Shown here one piece after another: positions 25,532-34,951 of a DNA stretch of 64,000 bases. The notes under the pieces were generated by a model. That model searched no databases and had not been told where the DNA came from. It saw only the letters and a list, made by a program, of their open reading frames with translations. How positions within the stretch are numbered: position 1 is the stretch's first letter; every line of letters begins with the position of its first letter. The translations under genes were made by a program, and so were the position numbers. Origin of the DNA: Leptolyngbya sp. DLM2.Bin27 (GTDB lineage Bacteria; Cyanobacteriota; Cyanobacteriia; Phormidesmidales; Phormidesmidaceae); assembly GCA_007694115.1 (NCBI GenBank), contig RECJ01000242.1, positions 18,089-82,088 on the forward strand. The letters are read 5' to 3'.

Positions 25532-27544
25532 TTACCCTGGATCTGCGATCGCACTGACCTCAGCGGCATTTCCTGGGGCTGGGTCGCTGATGGCAGCAAC
25601 CAGGCCATCTCCCCCAACTTTGTGGCTATTTTCGGCAAACGCCTCAACGGCATCGGGCTGGTAGGCCGCCACATCAAACCAAAACGTGGTGCCAATGCCC
25701 ACTTCACTCACCAGATGCACCTGGCTACTGTGCTTTTCGATGATGTTTTTGACAATCGAGAGGCCAAGCCCTGTGCCCTCCAGGGTGTGCACCCGGTTTT
25801 CGACCCGAAAAAACCGATCAAAAATGGCCTGTTGGTCTTCCTGGGCAATGCCAATGCCGGTATCAGAAATTTCTACGCGAATGTAGCCTTCCTCCGCCGA
25901 GCTAGCGTCCGGCGGCACCATGAGATGGGCGCGCAGCATCACCTGACCGCCAGGCTCGGTAAACTTCAGCGCATTGCCCACTAGGTTGCTAAAGACTTGC
26001 AGCAGCAGGTCATAGTTACCCATAGCCGCAGGCAGATTGGGCTCAACATCCTGGTGCAGCTCAATTTTTTTGTCGCGGGCGTTAAGCCGGTGGGTGCGCA
26101 GGGTCTGCTCAATCGGCTGGCTGATATCCACCGCTTCGATCGGATACTGGCGGCTCGACTCTAGGCGCGACAGGTCGAGCACATCGTTGACCAGCCGGGT
26201 GAGGCGATCGGTTTCATGGTTGGCGGTTTCGAGAAATTCTTTGCGCTCGCCGTCGCTGAGGTCTTCGCCGTATTCGTGCAGCGTTTCAATAAACGACTTG
26301 ATATTAAACAGCGGCGTGCGCAGCTCGTGGGAGACATTGCTGATGAACTGGGCCTTGGCTTCGTTAAGGGCCACCTCGCGGGTGATATCTTGCACCGTAA
26401 TGGCCAGACCTTTGACGTTTTCCTTGGCCTGGTCGAGCACCGTGTTGAGCAAAATTCGCAGGGTGCGGCTGCTGGGTTCCAAAATTGGCACCCGAAATTC
26501 CATCGCTTCAGCCTCGCCCTTGACCGCCCGAAACAGTGGGCGAGTGAGCTGCACCCGCACCGGGGAGGGAAAGTGCTCTAAGATATTGCGCCCGTCTAAA
26601 ATCTGGTCATCCCAACCGAAGATGCGGCGGGCAGTGGGGTTGACCAACACCGCATGCATGTCGCTGTCGAGCAAAATCGCGCCATCGGCGATGGTAGAAA
26701 CCAGGGTTTCGAGCTTGGCTTTTTCGGCGGTCAGCTCTTCGATATTTTGCTCTTCGTAGCTTTCCAGCCGCTCGGCCATGTCGTTAAAGCTATAGATCAG
26801 CTCGCCGAGTTCGCCGCCCAGGGGCAGGTCAATGCGCTGTCTAAAGTTGCCGTCAGCAATATTTTTGACACCTACCGAGAGTTCTTTAATCGGCTGGGTA
26901 ATAGTTAGAGCGTTAAACACTGCCCCCAAAATCACCATCACCCAGATCGAGACAAACACCGCAATGGTGACATCGCGGGTCAGGTGTGACGAGGCCACCA
27001 CCGTGGGGTTGGGGTTGATGCCCATGGCCAGCACCCCCAGATGGGTGCCGTTGTAGTTGAGCGGCACAAACACGTCGGTGACTTCGCCCGCCGGGGTGAG
27101 GTGCTGGCGCACCAGGGGGCGGTCGGTGTTTTGGGCATAGCCCTCGGGCAGCTGCATGCGCCGCCGGAGGGTGAGGGAGTTTTGTACCGACGCCTCTGAG
27201 AAGGGAATGCCAAAGAAAATGTCGCCATTTTCGTCGGCGTAGAGCATGTAGCGCACGCTAGAGGTGCTCTGGTAAAAGCTGTAGGAAAACCGGGCCAGCT
27301 CAGTGCGATCGGCTTCGTTGACCAGGGGGGCGACATTGGCCGCCAGCAGCAGGCCCAGATCGCGGGCAAAGCGGGTGTCGTTGAGCCGAGCATCGAGCTG
27401 AATGGTGTTGACGGCCCAAAAGGTCAGCGAGCTGGTAATGAGCGACACCACCAATGTCGCCCCCGCCATCAGCCGGGTTTGCAGGGTGAAGTCGCTCCAC
27501 CAGCGCAGGAAGATATCGCGAATTTTTACCAGGAGCCTAATCAA
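25532..27544 (-). CDS. nblS: sensor histidine kinase NblS/Hik33
   Basis: WWSDFTLQTRLM N-terminus, 2 TM, HAMP, PAS, SHELRTPLFNIKS, FFRVENRVHTLEGTGLGL. Confidence 0.93.
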   Translation of the reverse strand: MIRLLVKIRDIFLRWWSDFTLQTRLMAGATLVVSLITSSLTFWAVNTIQLDARLNDTRFARDLGLLLAANVAPLVNEADRTELARFSYSFYQSTSSVRYMLYADENGDIFFGIPFSEASVQNSLTLRRRMQLPEGYAQNTDRPLVRQHLTPAGEVTDVFVPLNYNGTHLGVLAMGINPNPTVVASSHLTRDVTIAVFVSIWVMVILGAVFNALTITQPIKELSVGVKNIADGNFRQRIDLPLGGELGELIYSFNDMAERLESYEEQNIEELTAEKAKLETLVSTIADGAILLDSDMHAVLVNPTARRIFGWDDQILDGRNILEHFPSPVRVQLTRPLFRAVKGEAEAMEFRVPILEPSSRTLRILLNTVLDQAKENVKGLAITVQDITREVALNEAKAQFISNVSHELRTPLFNIKSFIETLHEYGEDLSDGERKEFLETANHETDRLTRLVNDVLDLSRLESSRQYPIEAVDISQPIEQTLRTHRLNARDKKIELHQDVEPNLPAAMGNYDLLLQVFSNLVGNALKFTEPGGQVMLRAHLMVPPDASSAEEGYIRVEISDTGIGIAQEDQQAIFDRFFRVENRVHTLEGTGLGLSIVKNIIEKHSSQVHLVSEVGIGTTFWFDVAAYQPDAVEAFAENSHKVGGDGLVAAISDPAPGNAAEVSAIADPG

Positions 27545-27615
27545 CGGAATTTCAAATGCCAGATGTTAAATTCAGCCTTTATTCTGGCATGTTCTTCGTA
27601 TCTTGGCCCTGTGAC

Positions 27616-27960
27616 TCAATCGTCGAACAGGGTTTCAAACTCGTGGCGCAGACTGTCGTAGTTGACAACCCGAGCCACGATTAGGTTTTGGCTGCCCTCG
27701 GCGACGGCAAACTGCTGTTTCCAGTGACGAATGTCGTTTTCCTGGCTGAGCCAGAAGTTGACGATGGTGCCCACGATCGCATCCCAGTCCCAGTCGGGGC
27801 GGCGGTGAATGGCCTCGGTGGCGGCGATAAAGGCGTCGAGGGTGCAGCAGTAGCTGCCCAGGTAGGCCTGGCTGCGATCGCGGCTGGCCTCTAAGCGCTG
27901 CTGGTGGTTAAAGAATTGCAGCATTGGAGCAATACCGATGATGTCGAAACTGTAGTTCAT
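27616..27960 (-). CDS. conserved cyanobacterial hypothetical protein
   Basis: MNYSFDIIG...AYLGSYCCTLDAF...IVNFWL; typical codon usage. Confidence 0.7.
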   Translation of the reverse strand: MNYSFDIIGIAPMLQFFNHQQRLEASRDRSQAYLGSYCCTLDAFIAATEAIHRRPDWDWDAIVGTIVNFWLSQENDIRHWKQQFAVAEGSQNLIVARVVNYDSLRHEFETLFDD

Positions 27961-28156
27961 GGTTTGGCCCATCACCTCCAGAGTCACGGTTGGGTGAAGC
28001 AAGTTAGAAAACAGTTTAGACAGTTCTATCGAGTCGGCTGTTCGCCGGCAACGGTTTTTGATGATTGTCTGAGGATTTTGATCGAGATCGCGAATCAATC
28101 ACCCTGAGCCTAGCCACCGCCACCTCGCGATCGCCGCCCTCCGCCCGCATCTGCCC

Positions 28157-28188
28157 AAAAAAACCGCTGCCCTCAGTGAGAGCAGCGG
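28157..28188 (-). terminator. intrinsic terminator
   Basis: CCGCTGCTCTCACTGAGGGCAGCGG-T7 on minus strand. Confidence 0.8.
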
Positions 28189-28274
28189 CCTTGGAGAGAT
28201 CCCTTTCAGGAGAAAATTAAATACTTTGGGGCAGTCCCTGGGTTCGACCCCTGGGTGCAACCGCCTAACGCCAC

Positions 28275-28508
28275 CTACTGACCGGCGATGACGCCACTGG
28301 TGAAAGCGTCGCCACTGTAGGCGGGAACGCGCTCAACTGCATCAGTGGATCGCCCGGTGACCGACTTGGCTAGCTGATCAAAGGAGCTAGAACGCCAGTT
28401 GCGCTCGTGGATAGGCTTGGTCTGCTCACCCCGAAAGTAGGCTTGAGTACCGATCAGAGCCACGGCAGCCCAGCCGATGACAAACAGAGAAATAAGTAGA
28501 GCAAACAT
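28275..28508 (-). CDS. small single-TM protein (possibly Psb35-related family)
   Basis: MFALLISLFVIGWAAVALIGTQAYFRGEQTKPIHERNWRS; GGAGG upstream. Confidence 0.7.
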   Translation of the reverse strand: MFALLISLFVIGWAAVALIGTQAYFRGEQTKPIHERNWRSSSFDQLAKSVTGRSTDAVERVPAYSGDAFTSGVIAGQ

Positions 28509-28597
28509 GAGGTAAGCCTCCAATTGAAGAGAGTGACAGCTGCAAAATACGCTGCTGCCTGGGTTCAATCGAGTAAACCTTGCAGTCGCATTCCGCT

Positions 28598-28615
28598 TAT
28601 GTAAATTAATGTAAC
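28598..28615 (-). promoter_or_regulatory. HLR1 (RpaB-binding) element
   Basis: rc GTTACATT-AA-TTTACATA matches (G/T)TTACA(T/A)(T/A)-N2 direct-repeat consensus exactly. Confidence 0.7.
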
Positions 28616-29015
28616 GCAGAATGCAACAAAATGTCAACTTGAGTTGCGATCAATTTACTAGAAGTGGTAAGCAGATACCATCACAGTCCTGGCTGCGCCC
28701 CGCACAGCGATAGCGTCCTACCTGCTCTAGTGCTCAACCGTGGCAAGGGTTAGGGTTCTAAACCCAAAAGCCATGGCTATCTCAGGGGCTCAATACCTAG
28801 GGGCTGTAACTGTGGCCTCGCCCCAGCAGCAACAATCATTCAGCTGCCTGTGCTCAGGCGCGGCAAACATCCTAAGATAAACATCCAGGGTAATGCGCTA
28901 ACCCAAGCGGCCAGAGAGTTTAGGCCTGGAGGGTGAAGGCATCGGCGTCATCTACTGGGCGAGCTGATCTCAGGCTCGCCACTACATCTGCATTCTGCCT
29001 ATCCCTTGTCTACCC

Positions 29016-29576
29016 ATGGTTGCCGATTCTCGCTATTCCCTCGATTTGCTGACCCAGCGCTACAGCCAGGGGCAGCTCAAGTTCAACGGCCTCACCCTGC
29101 GTAACCTGTCCCTGGAGGGAGTGAGGATGCCGTTTGTAGAATTTATTGACTGCAATTTGCAGGGCCTCAACCTGACCGAAGTTTTTATGCCGGGGGGGGT
29201 GTTTACCCGCAGCAATTTGCACCGCTGTACCCTAAACTGGGCCAACCTGATTGGGGCCGATTTTTTTCGGGCCGATCTATCGTCAGCCCAGCTCAACCGC
29301 GCGCTGCTGTCTGGGGCGGCGCTGATGGGCGTTAACCTACATCATGCCTTCCTCAAAGAAGCGATACTCAGCGGCAGCGACCTGCGGGGGGCCAACCTCA
29401 AGGGAGCCAATCTGCGGGGGGCCAACCTGAGCCATGCCAACCTCGCGGGGGCTGACCTGCGCGATGCCGATCTGCACAATGCCAACCTTGAAGAGGCCAA
29501 CCTGCTAGGGGCAATGATGCCCGACCATACCTATGTTGACTACGCTCTTGACTTGCTGCCAGCGGGTTCTGAGTAA
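29016..29576 (+). CDS. pentapeptide-repeat protein
   Basis: ANLKGANLRGANLSHANLAGADLRDADL. Confidence 0.92.
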   Translation: MVADSRYSLDLLTQRYSQGQLKFNGLTLRNLSLEGVRMPFVEFIDCNLQGLNLTEVFMPGGVFTRSNLHRCTLNWANLIGADFFRADLSSAQLNRALLSGAALMGVNLHHAFLKEAILSGSDLRGANLKGANLRGANLSHANLAGADLRDADLHNANLEEANLLGAMMPDHTYVDYALDLLPAGSE

Positions 29577-29619
29577 CACAAACGGTGTAGAACAGGCAAT
29601 TTTGCTCCTCCCCAATTAT

Positions 29620-30558
29620 CTAGTGTGGGGCCAGGCCACTGCTGCCAAACAGCACCAATGACAGGAAAAAATCTACGGCAAACAAACCCACCCAGGTGGT
29701 GACTACCGCCGAAGTGGCCGCTCGGCCAACCGAACGACTACAGGTGGTGGTGAGCCCCCAGGTACAGCCCGCCAGCGCCACAATGGCCCCAAACAAGAGC
29801 GATTTGAGCAGCACTGCCATCAAGTCATTGAGCACCATTAGCGATCGCACCGAGTCTAAAAACTGCCCCATTGGCATTTGGTACAGGAAAAATGCCACCC
29901 CGGCCCCGCCCAACAGCCCCACCACCAGCCCCATCACCGTCAGCACCGGCAGCATGATGCAGCAGGCCACTACCCGAGGCACCACCAAGTAGTCAATCGG
30001 ATCAGTGCGCAGCACCTTGAGGGCATCGATCTGGTCAGTCACCTTCATGCAGCCGATCTCGGCGGCGTAGGCGGTGCCCACCTGCCCGGCCATAATCGCC
30101 GCCGTCAAAATGGGAGCTAGCTCTCGACAAAAAGCCATGGCAAAGGCCCCGCCCAGGGCGTGCATGGCCCCAAAGCGATCGAGCTCGCGAGCGGTTTGAA
30201 TCGTAAAAATCATGCCCGCAAACACATTCGTCAGCAGCACTGGGGTGAGGGTAAACGGCCCCGCCGCCACCATCTGCTCTACGGTGCGCTGGTGATTGAC
30301 CTTGCCCCGCAAAACGCGCATCAGCACCTGCCCCCCCAAAAAACAGGCCATGACAATGTGGTAAGAGCAAGATTTTGGCCGGGTTGCTGGGGCTGGTGTC
30401 GTCCCAGTCTGGAGGTGACAGCCTTGGGGGTCTGGCTCAGAAACACGCAGAGATAGCCGCAGGGCTTTGTCGTAGGCCTTAACCATAGCAACAGCTCGTA
30501 GGGTAGTCGGGCGGGGTAAAGCGCCGAGCGCCTTCCGTCTAGAAAATGTCCTAGCCAA
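29620..30558 (-). CDS. MlaE-family lipid ABC transporter permease (true start probably downstream of ORF start)
   Basis: RELAPILTA, AYAAEIG, EQ/DQIDALKVLRTDPIDYLVVPR. Confidence 0.88.
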   Translation of the reverse strand: MARTFSRRKALGALPRPTTLRAVAMVKAYDKALRLSLRVSEPDPQGCHLQTGTTPAPATRPKSCSYHIVMACFLGGQVLMRVLRGKVNHQRTVEQMVAAGPFTLTPVLLTNVFAGMIFTIQTARELDRFGAMHALGGAFAMAFCRELAPILTAAIMAGQVGTAYAAEIGCMKVTDQIDALKVLRTDPIDYLVVPRVVACCIMLPVLTVMGLVVGLLGGAGVAFFLYQMPMGQFLDSVRSLMVLNDLMAVLLKSLLFGAIVALAGCTWGLTTTCSRSVGRAATSAVVTTWVGLFAVDFFLSLVLFGSSGLAPH

Positions 30559-31215
30559 GGCGGCAAACTCGGCCCTTAGGCCTGCTGCGGTAAAACCCCG
30601 GTGAGATAGTTACCTAGAACAGGTCAAGCTCAGTGTGCCCTACCCAGCGCCTGGGGGATCTTGACTCAGTCAAAAACCGGGCAAGATTTAATCGTCTTAG
30701 CCACTCGCGATCGCGTAGACCAGTGTTTTAGCTATTTTGGCTGCCGTTTGGTTATTTACCATTTAGCCACTCACCATTTAGCCATTTAATTATGGCCATT
30801 TTATAAGGACAATCTAGGCCAGCAACAGCCCACCATTGCCCTAGACTCTACCAATCTACAGAGCCCGAGGCAGATTACAGATTTCCTGAAGATATTTTTT
30901 AGATTACAGCCGGTGTCGCCAGCTCTCAGGACTGCTCATGGGGGCGTTTTGAAGGTCAGCACAGAACTTTTAGCGCTGGAGCTGTGCCAACCCCAGCCCC
31001 CGGCCATTGACAGAGCCGCCATCGCCCCACCGCCGAGGCCTGCTCAATTGGCGCAAATTTGACTCAGGCCCATGGAGCATGATACAAATGTACTATACCC
31101 ACTAAAGAGGCTCTTTTCCCCCGAGGGCCAGCAGTAGTATCTCCCAGGGGCGGTCTCTGCCGGGCTGCAAAACGGTTTGGGTTCACCTTCACTCTCCGTT
31201 GAGGATTTCTGCACG

Positions 31216-32217
31216 ATGGATCTGCAAAGCATTCAATCTAAGCTCATTCAGACGGTCAATGCCTTAAACCAAAGTGATACCGATGTGCGGGTCGATTGGG
31301 CCGGCGGGCCTCAGCTGCCTGCTGTGCCCTTAAGACCTGCACCCCAGCCGCGTGCCAGCGTAGATTTTGCCGCTGCCGTAGATGTTTTACAGCGGCGAGC
31401 CGAAAGTGCCCACGCCTATGCCTCCTCGGCCAGGGCATCGATAGATCCGTTGAACCCGGCTACTGTGCCAGCCCAGATCTATCTCAAGCGGCTCAGCGCC
31501 ATGGCCGACCGAGTCAACCATCTGTCGGCTGAGCAAGAGCGGGCGATCGCAGAAATGCAGACCCTTCAAGCTCGCCTAGCCCAGCTTAGGCCTGGGTTTG
31601 TCCCCCAGGGGCAGCCCCACCGGGCCTACCCAAACCTAGATATTAGCCGTGCCGCTTTAGCCGCCGCTGAGGTAGACCCCCAGGGCAACGTTCTGCTGGG
31701 CTACCGCGCCATTACCCCGACCATGACTGCGTCGGCCCCAGCGGCGGTGGGGCGCAGCCATGGCGACCTGCTGGCCGAGCATCTGCGGGCCACCTATGGG
31801 CCACCCGCTGCCCAGGGCGGGCGTAGCAGCCCGATCAACGATGTGCTGGCCCTGGGCCAAGAACCCCTACAGCTACTGTCTAGCCTGGGCCGCACCGCCC
31901 AGAGTTTAATCCCAGAGTTGACCCGGTTTTCAAGCCGCCGCCCAGCGGCGACGACCGCTGGCAACCCCCTCAACCAGGGCGGCCAACTATCCCTGGTGGA
32001 TAGCGTGCTGTGGTTTGGCGGCGGGGTGATTGGTCGCCTAGTGCTGACCTCGCTGCTGACGATGTTTTCGGCTCTATGGCCGGTGGCGCTAGCGGCGATC
32101 ACCGCCATCACCGCCTACGCCCTCTACCGGGCAACCCTGGCCCCCAAGCTGGCCTTTGGCCCTGCCATACGAGTGTTTTTGCTGGTCGTAGGGCTGGTGG
32201 TTGGCGGTCAGCTTTAG
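31216..32217 (+). CDS. hypothetical protein, coiled coil plus C-terminal TM helices
   Basis: Long ORF; RLSAMADRVNHLSAEQERAIAEM coil; 3 hydrophobic helices at C-terminus. Confidence 0.75.
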   Translation: MDLQSIQSKLIQTVNALNQSDTDVRVDWAGGPQLPAVPLRPAPQPRASVDFAAAVDVLQRRAESAHAYASSARASIDPLNPATVPAQIYLKRLSAMADRVNHLSAEQERAIAEMQTLQARLAQLRPGFVPQGQPHRAYPNLDISRAALAAAEVDPQGNVLLGYRAITPTMTASAPAAVGRSHGDLLAEHLRATYGPPAAQGGRSSPINDVLALGQEPLQLLSSLGRTAQSLIPELTRFSSRRPAATTAGNPLNQGGQLSLVDSVLWFGGGVIGRLVLTSLLTMFSALWPVALAAITAITAYALYRATLAPKLAFGPAIRVFLLVVGLVVGGQL

Positions 32218-32310
32218 GCGACAGCGGTAGGGTGCCCCCCAAGGTTTTGATGACTGGGTTTCGATGACTAATTGAGATAGCTCAGGTTTAAATTGCTCAG
32301 GAGGCAGGTT

Positions 32311-32724
32311 ATGGTTTCAACCCATCGATCGAGGATCGGCGGGGTGCTGGCTGCGGCCAAGCCCTTGGTGGCGGGCGGTCTGGTTTTGACCATCGGTCTG
32401 ATGGCGGTTGATGGCCTGGGATTGCGCCGCTGGCTGTCGTCGTCGCCGCCCCAGGTGGCCCAGGGATGCGAAAACATTGTGCAAAACAATGCCCAACTCA
32501 GCCGCGAGCAGCTGGCCCAGCTGCTCGTCGTCCCCGAACGCGACCCCAAGGAAAACGTGCGCCAGATCGTGGCCGAGCCCTATTGCCGCCTGCCCCAGAT
32601 TCAGGTGCGATCGGGGGTCATCTCTGAACGAGAGGCCTATCCCATGGCCTGGGATCCAGCCGTTCAACTAGTAATTTTGTACGAAAATGACGAGTATGCT
32701 GGCTATCGCTTTCGGTTTCCGTAG
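32311..32724 (+). CDS. conserved membrane-anchored hypothetical protein
   Basis: AGGAGG SD; TM then LSREQLAQLL...EPYCRL...EREAYP...LVILYENDEYAGY. Confidence 0.8.
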   Translation: MVSTHRSRIGGVLAAAKPLVAGGLVLTIGLMAVDGLGLRRWLSSSPPQVAQGCENIVQNNAQLSREQLAQLLVVPERDPKENVRQIVAEPYCRLPQIQVRSGVISEREAYPMAWDPAVQLVILYENDEYAGYRFRFP

Positions 32725-32737
32725 CGGTTTGGCTAGG

Positions 32738-33286
32738 GTGACGGGCTGTCGTAGCCCTGGCCTTGGTGCCCTCGTGGGCAGGTCAAGCTTTGGGCGGCAG
32801 CCCCAAATGGGGCCTAGACGCCTGGGCCTGATTGTGGGCCTGGGTCTAGTGGGTATCGGTTTGGGTAGCTGTGGCGGTGTGGCCCCCGTGGTGCCCAGGC
32901 AGATTGTGCTGAAGCAGGCTTGGGAGATCGAGTCGGGCGATCGCGTGGCCGGGCAGTTGGTCACCGGCAGTCTGGGCGATATTTCGGTCAAGCTCCAGGG
33001 CATTCGGCTACGCGCCCCATTTTCAGGCCAAGTTGAGCTAGCCGCTAAGGGGTTTCACTGCATCTATTTTTCAACGCCCGAGGTGCCCGCCTACCTATTT
33101 CGCTACTGCGGCATCAGGCAGCCCCGCCTCGGCCCGATCGAGGCCGGAGCGGTGATGGGCCGGGGCAAACACATTCACTTTGCCACCCTGCGTCGCCAGC
33201 CCGATGGGGCCTGGGCCATGGTCGAGCCCTCAGACCAGGTGTTAGAGCGATCGCTTAACCAGCCCGCTGCTGGGTTGCGGTTGTAG
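32738..33286 (+). CDS. putative lipoprotein with degenerate M23-peptidase-like fold
   Basis: Lipobox-like LGSC; LRAPFSGQV and HIHF motifs; start uncertain. Confidence 0.65.
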   Translation: MTGCRSPGLGALVGRSSFGRQPQMGPRRLGLIVGLGLVGIGLGSCGGVAPVVPRQIVLKQAWEIESGDRVAGQLVTGSLGDISVKLQGIRLRAPFSGQVELAAKGFHCIYFSTPEVPAYLFRYCGIRQPRLGPIEAGAVMGRGKHIHFATLRRQPDGAWAMVEPSDQVLERSLNQPAAGLRL

Positions 33287-33365
33287 GCCTGCCCTTGGTT
33301 AACAGCGGTTTTTATGCCGCCGATTCAACCCTTCGTTATTGCTGTTGCCCCTACGTCTTTACCCC

Positions 33366-34844
33366 ATGAAGCTCCACCCCACCCTGATGGCCGCCAGCCT
33401 GTTGCTGGCCCTTTTAGCTGCTCTCCCGGCTCGGGCCGACGACGGCATGCTCAACTTTGATCTGGCAGAGCCCCAATGGGCCATCGAGGTCGAGATAGCG
33501 GCAGACGCAGCTCCGCCTCCCGTCCCTGACCCGGCCCATCAGCCGCTGCCCATACCGGCGCAGGCGACCAACCCGCCCATGCGCTACCACTCACCCCAGC
33601 AGCTGCCCGCCGGGGTCTATCGGCGCGGTGTGGCCGTGGCCCTGAATGAGTCAACTACGGCTACGGCGCTGCTGCCGCCGGCCCCGCCGCTTCCAGAGAT
33701 GGTTTTGGCGGCAGCAGCCCCCGAACCCAGGCCACAGCCCGAACCCAAGACCGAACCCAAAGCACCGTCTGCGATTCTCGCCCTAGATTTTGACATGGAG
33801 CCTTCTGCTGCGGTGCTCACAGCCCGGGCCAAACTGGCCCAGCCCCAGCCGCCCGCCAACCCGCTGCTGAGTCTGTTTGACGGTGACTCTGACTCGCTAG
33901 TGGCTTGGGCGGTGGGCAGCGCCGAGGGCACCCGCACCCCCAATGGAGCCATTAATCCGGCCTACTTTGGCCACACTGACCCCGGCAACCAAGTGTGGAA
34001 CCTGGGCACTTTCTCTTACCAGCACGGGGCCAAAACCCCCCAAGAAGCCGATCAAAAGCAGATCGCCCGGCTCAAACACCAGGGGGAGGTGCTGCACCAG
34101 CGGGCGCTCAAGCACGGCCTCAACCTCACCCTGGAAGAAACCCTCAACGGCCTTGACTTGGCCAACCAGTCGCCCCTGGCTTCCATTGGTCGGGTGGGCT
34201 TTATTGAGCGCCTGGTTGAGGCCAAGGCCAATGGTTATGAGGGATCAGAGGCGATCGTGGTGGCCCGCACCCGCTCCTATATCAACCCCAATACTGGCCG
34301 CTGGAATGCCCCCGGCCTGGGCAATACCGAACCCAGCATTCGCCGCGACCAAAAGCGTCGGGCCAATGCGGTGGCCCAGGCGATCGCAGCCTACCAGGCC
34401 AAAGCCCCCGATCTGCAACCCCAGACCTGGACGCTGACCCCCAGCCCCGAACCTGAAACCCTGGTGGCCCTAGACAATCGCCCCACCGAGGCCACTGACG
34501 ACATTTTGCACATGTGGACCGCTGCCGAGGAAGGCAGTACCAATGCCCCGCCGATCTGGGCCGAAGTCCGCGAAGCCCACCAAACAGCCGCTGCCCCAGC
34601 ACTAACAGCTGAACCTGCGGCTGCCCAGGTGATCGGAGCCGTGCCGGAAAGCACGGTGTACCTGCCCATAACTGACCCCGATGCCAACCTGGAGTTTGCC
34701 GATGAGTGGGCCTCAGAAGATACTGTGAGGTCAGCTACCCTCACCGTCGAGGGGGCTGACCTCACAGTTGCAGCCGATACCGATGCCACCCCAGGCAGAG
34801 CCACAGAACTAGCCGAAACCCCTGGGGCAGCTGAAGGCGATTAA
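33366..34844 (+). CDS. secreted protein with lysozyme-like domain flanked by Pro/Ala-rich linkers
   Basis: Signal peptide ending ARA; AVGSAEGT...HTDPGN...NLGTFSYQ. Confidence 0.7.
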   Translation: MKLHPTLMAASLLLALLAALPARADDGMLNFDLAEPQWAIEVEIAADAAPPPVPDPAHQPLPIPAQATNPPMRYHSPQQLPAGVYRRGVAVALNESTTATALLPPAPPLPEMVLAAAAPEPRPQPEPKTEPKAPSAILALDFDMEPSAAVLTARAKLAQPQPPANPLLSLFDGDSDSLVAWAVGSAEGTRTPNGAINPAYFGHTDPGNQVWNLGTFSYQHGAKTPQEADQKQIARLKHQGEVLHQRALKHGLNLTLEETLNGLDLANQSPLASIGRVGFIERLVEAKANGYEGSEAIVVARTRSYINPNTGRWNAPGLGNTEPSIRRDQKRRANAVAQAIAAYQAKAPDLQPQTWTLTPSPEPETLVALDNRPTEATDDILHMWTAAEEGSTNAPPIWAEVREAHQTAAAPALTAEPAAAQVIGAVPESTVYLPITDPDANLEFADEWASEDTVRSATLTVEGADLTVAADTDATPGRATELAETPGAAEGD

Positions 34845-34848
34845 AATC

Positions 34849-34892
34849 TCACCCCTGGGGCATCGCCGTCTATGGCGATGCCCCAGGGGTGA
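34849..34892. terminator. bidirectional terminator-like hairpin between convergent genes
   Basis: 19-bp perfect stem TCACCCCTGGGGCATCGCC, 6-nt loop. Confidence 0.75.
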
Positions 34893-34951
34893 TTTGCGAC
34901 TGAATGTGTTTTGATGAGGCGGCTGCAACGGAGGACAACCCCAGTTGCCTT

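Noticed and set aside
30725-30802. CCATTTAG-like repeats as transcription-factor iterons
   Set aside because: Same 8-nt periodic style as other STRR-like tracts in the window; no independent support
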